A stretch of DNA of 64,000 bases from Anthoceros angustus. Its lineage: Eukaryota; Plantae; Anthocerotophyta. The position numbers and the translations under genes are program-made. The first letter of the stretch is position 1; every line of letters begins with the position of its first letter. The notes beneath the pieces were generated by a model. The model saw only the letters and a program-made list of their open reading frames with translations, was not told the origin of the DNA and searched no databases. The stretch covers positions 186,001-250,000 of the forward strand of contig MU008216.1 of NCBI GenBank assembly GCA_010909165.1. Direction: 5' to 3'. This document shows positions 62,190 through 64,000 of the stretch, one piece after another.

Positions 62190-63690
62190 AGCTTCGAAGT
62201 CGCGGCCTGCGTCTAGAGGCCTCGGCGCACCGAGTTGATTTTTTCGGGGTAGTGGGTGAATTTTTAGAGAGTGACCTTTTGGTCATTGTTTTACCCAGAC
62301 GGTAAAATTCATTACAATATAGTAGAAAATCATCTACCATCAAGGTACAAAAACAAGCAGAACCATCGAGTGGGGTAAAAATCATCTACCATCAAGGTAG
62401 AAAATGAAGACTACGATGAAAACATGACGACCAAGTGAATACCGGTGGAATTACAGAAACTCGTTAAATCCCACCAAAATCGCTAATCACGACAAAAACA
62501 TTTACATTAAATAATATTCATGCGGATCCGGATATACAAAAACCAACAAAGAAACCTTTTCTTTGCGAGTTTCTGTATATCGAGAATGGCATGAAATCAC
62601 GAATTCAACTAATGAAGGTAAATACGAGAATAGATTGAACTCGCTGGATTGAACTCTACTTCAACAACAATGGAACCTACAAAAACAAAAGCGGCACACA
62701 AAGCGTGATTAGGTGATACTAGAAAACCGAAATAATCATGCAAATACTTAAGAAATGATACAATCATAATTAGGAAATTATTTGTACAATTGCTCTGATT
62801 GAAAGCGTAATTTTTCCGACCACTTGGCTTGATTGGCACTTGTCAGCATCATCATTGTGGCAACCAATTGATGGGTAGAACTGGAACTGTCCGGCTTCCT
62901 GCAAGGTCACAACCTAATAAAATACAACCATTGATTTTCAATGTCTTTAGCGATTAATAAAGAGCATAAGAAGACTTACTAATCGGCGGATTTTCGCGAG
63001 ATAGCGGCAAATATCTCGGGAAACATTCTTACGCTCCTGTTCTCTTTTCCACTGCAGTCTTGAACCTCTTGCTTGCTCTGCTCTGCTTGCTTTGCTTGAT
63101 TTCTCTTAATGCTTGTGCTCTTGTCTCCTCTCCACATTTCTCCGCCTCTGAATCTCAAGGCTTTCTCTCTTTGTAGAGACTCGTAATTCAAGCCTTTCGC
63201 CTCTGTCTCTCTATAAGAGCCTCCAAATCCTTTTGCATGAAACTCAATTCCATTTGCATCTATCATACTCCAATTCCTACTCGCGCGATCTCAAGCCAGC
63301 TCAAAGCCACTTCCATTTCCATTTGCGGTCACAGGGGGCGTCACGATATCGGAGGTGCTACCACGGCCACATTTCTGTCACGGTTAACCCGGATGATGCA
63401 TCCTCACTATGCACAATGCCCTCCAGCGAGAGGGACCCGCATCGACTTCCCTGATGTATCAATGTTGAAATGAGGATGATGGTGCTTCCACTAATTAGAT
63501 TCACAACCTTTGAGATAAACACAATCGAAACTCCAAAAGAAGTGAAAACAAACAAGCAGACAAAGAATCAACCTTGTCAACATAGATTTCACTAGAACAC
63601 CAGTTGTTGATACTAACATTATCCATGGATGCCTTAGCCCTTTGCTTTTGAGGTATGTTTGCAACCAAAACACCCACGTCTCACACGCGT
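62190..63690 (-). mobile_element. Second, partial copy of the Crypton-like element (region downstream of the YR gene)
   Basis: Colinear with 44800-46250, sharing ccttttggtcatt, catctaccatcaagg, ggatccgg.tatacaaaaacc and gaggtatgtttgcaaccaaaacacc. Homology stops at ~63690. Confidence 0.8.
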
Positions 63691-64000
63691 AACGAAACCA
63701 GTGTGGGGTGGTAGTGTGGTTTGGTGTACCATATAAGTGTGCAACAATCATGGCAATTTATCCACATGTGTCCACTTTTCCATTTAGATAATTTTGGATT
63801 GATCAAATGATGTCCAATTTATGAAATTTTTTAGAGCAAGGGTGACCATCTAGGCGGATGCACTCAAAAAAATTCAGCAAGAAAAGATTACATATGGTAG
63901 AAACTATTTGTGGTCGAGATTTAATTATGAAAGTGCAATTGTAACACTCGATGTGTGTGGCGGCACCACACTCGGGGACGGGAGAGAGTCCCTTCCCCAC

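Noticed and set aside
62205-62235. Hairpin plus CTAG on the minus strand suggesting a Helitron 3' end
   Set aside because: Homology between copies continues past the CTAG, the following base is not T, and no Rep/helicase motifs were seen.

Overview
Eukaryotic nuclear DNA, most likely from a non-seed land plant (bryophyte or lycophyte/fern). This is inferred from short GT-AG introns, a PLS-type PPR relic and the transposon families present. Only two intact-looking host genes are visible: a 3-exon UFD1-domain/zinc-finger gene (459-2893, minus) and a small AT-rich Gnk2/DUF26-like Cys protein (40141-40674) with a pseudogenised tandem paralog. There are also a PPR pseudogene and an apparently intronless SPL7-like (SBP-box) retrocopy. 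The rest is nested, decayed mobile DNA: four CRE-clade (RLE) non-LTR retrotransposon pieces, several copia fragments, an Athila/Tat-like gag-only LTR element, a solo LTR, a MITE and a CACTA end. Three elements stand out. (i) A Gypsy element with a putative self-priming PBS and the start of a C5-DNA-methyltransferase after the protease. (ii) An intron-containing Crypton-like tyrosine-recombinase element. (iii) Next to a second partial copy of that element, a decayed ParB-like + beta-class N4C/N6A DNA-methyltransferase gene. Many segments occur as indel-rich tandem duplicates with microhomology junctions, so part of the structure and many frameshifts may be assembly or long-read artefacts. All protein assignments were made by eye from motifs, and no database search was run.
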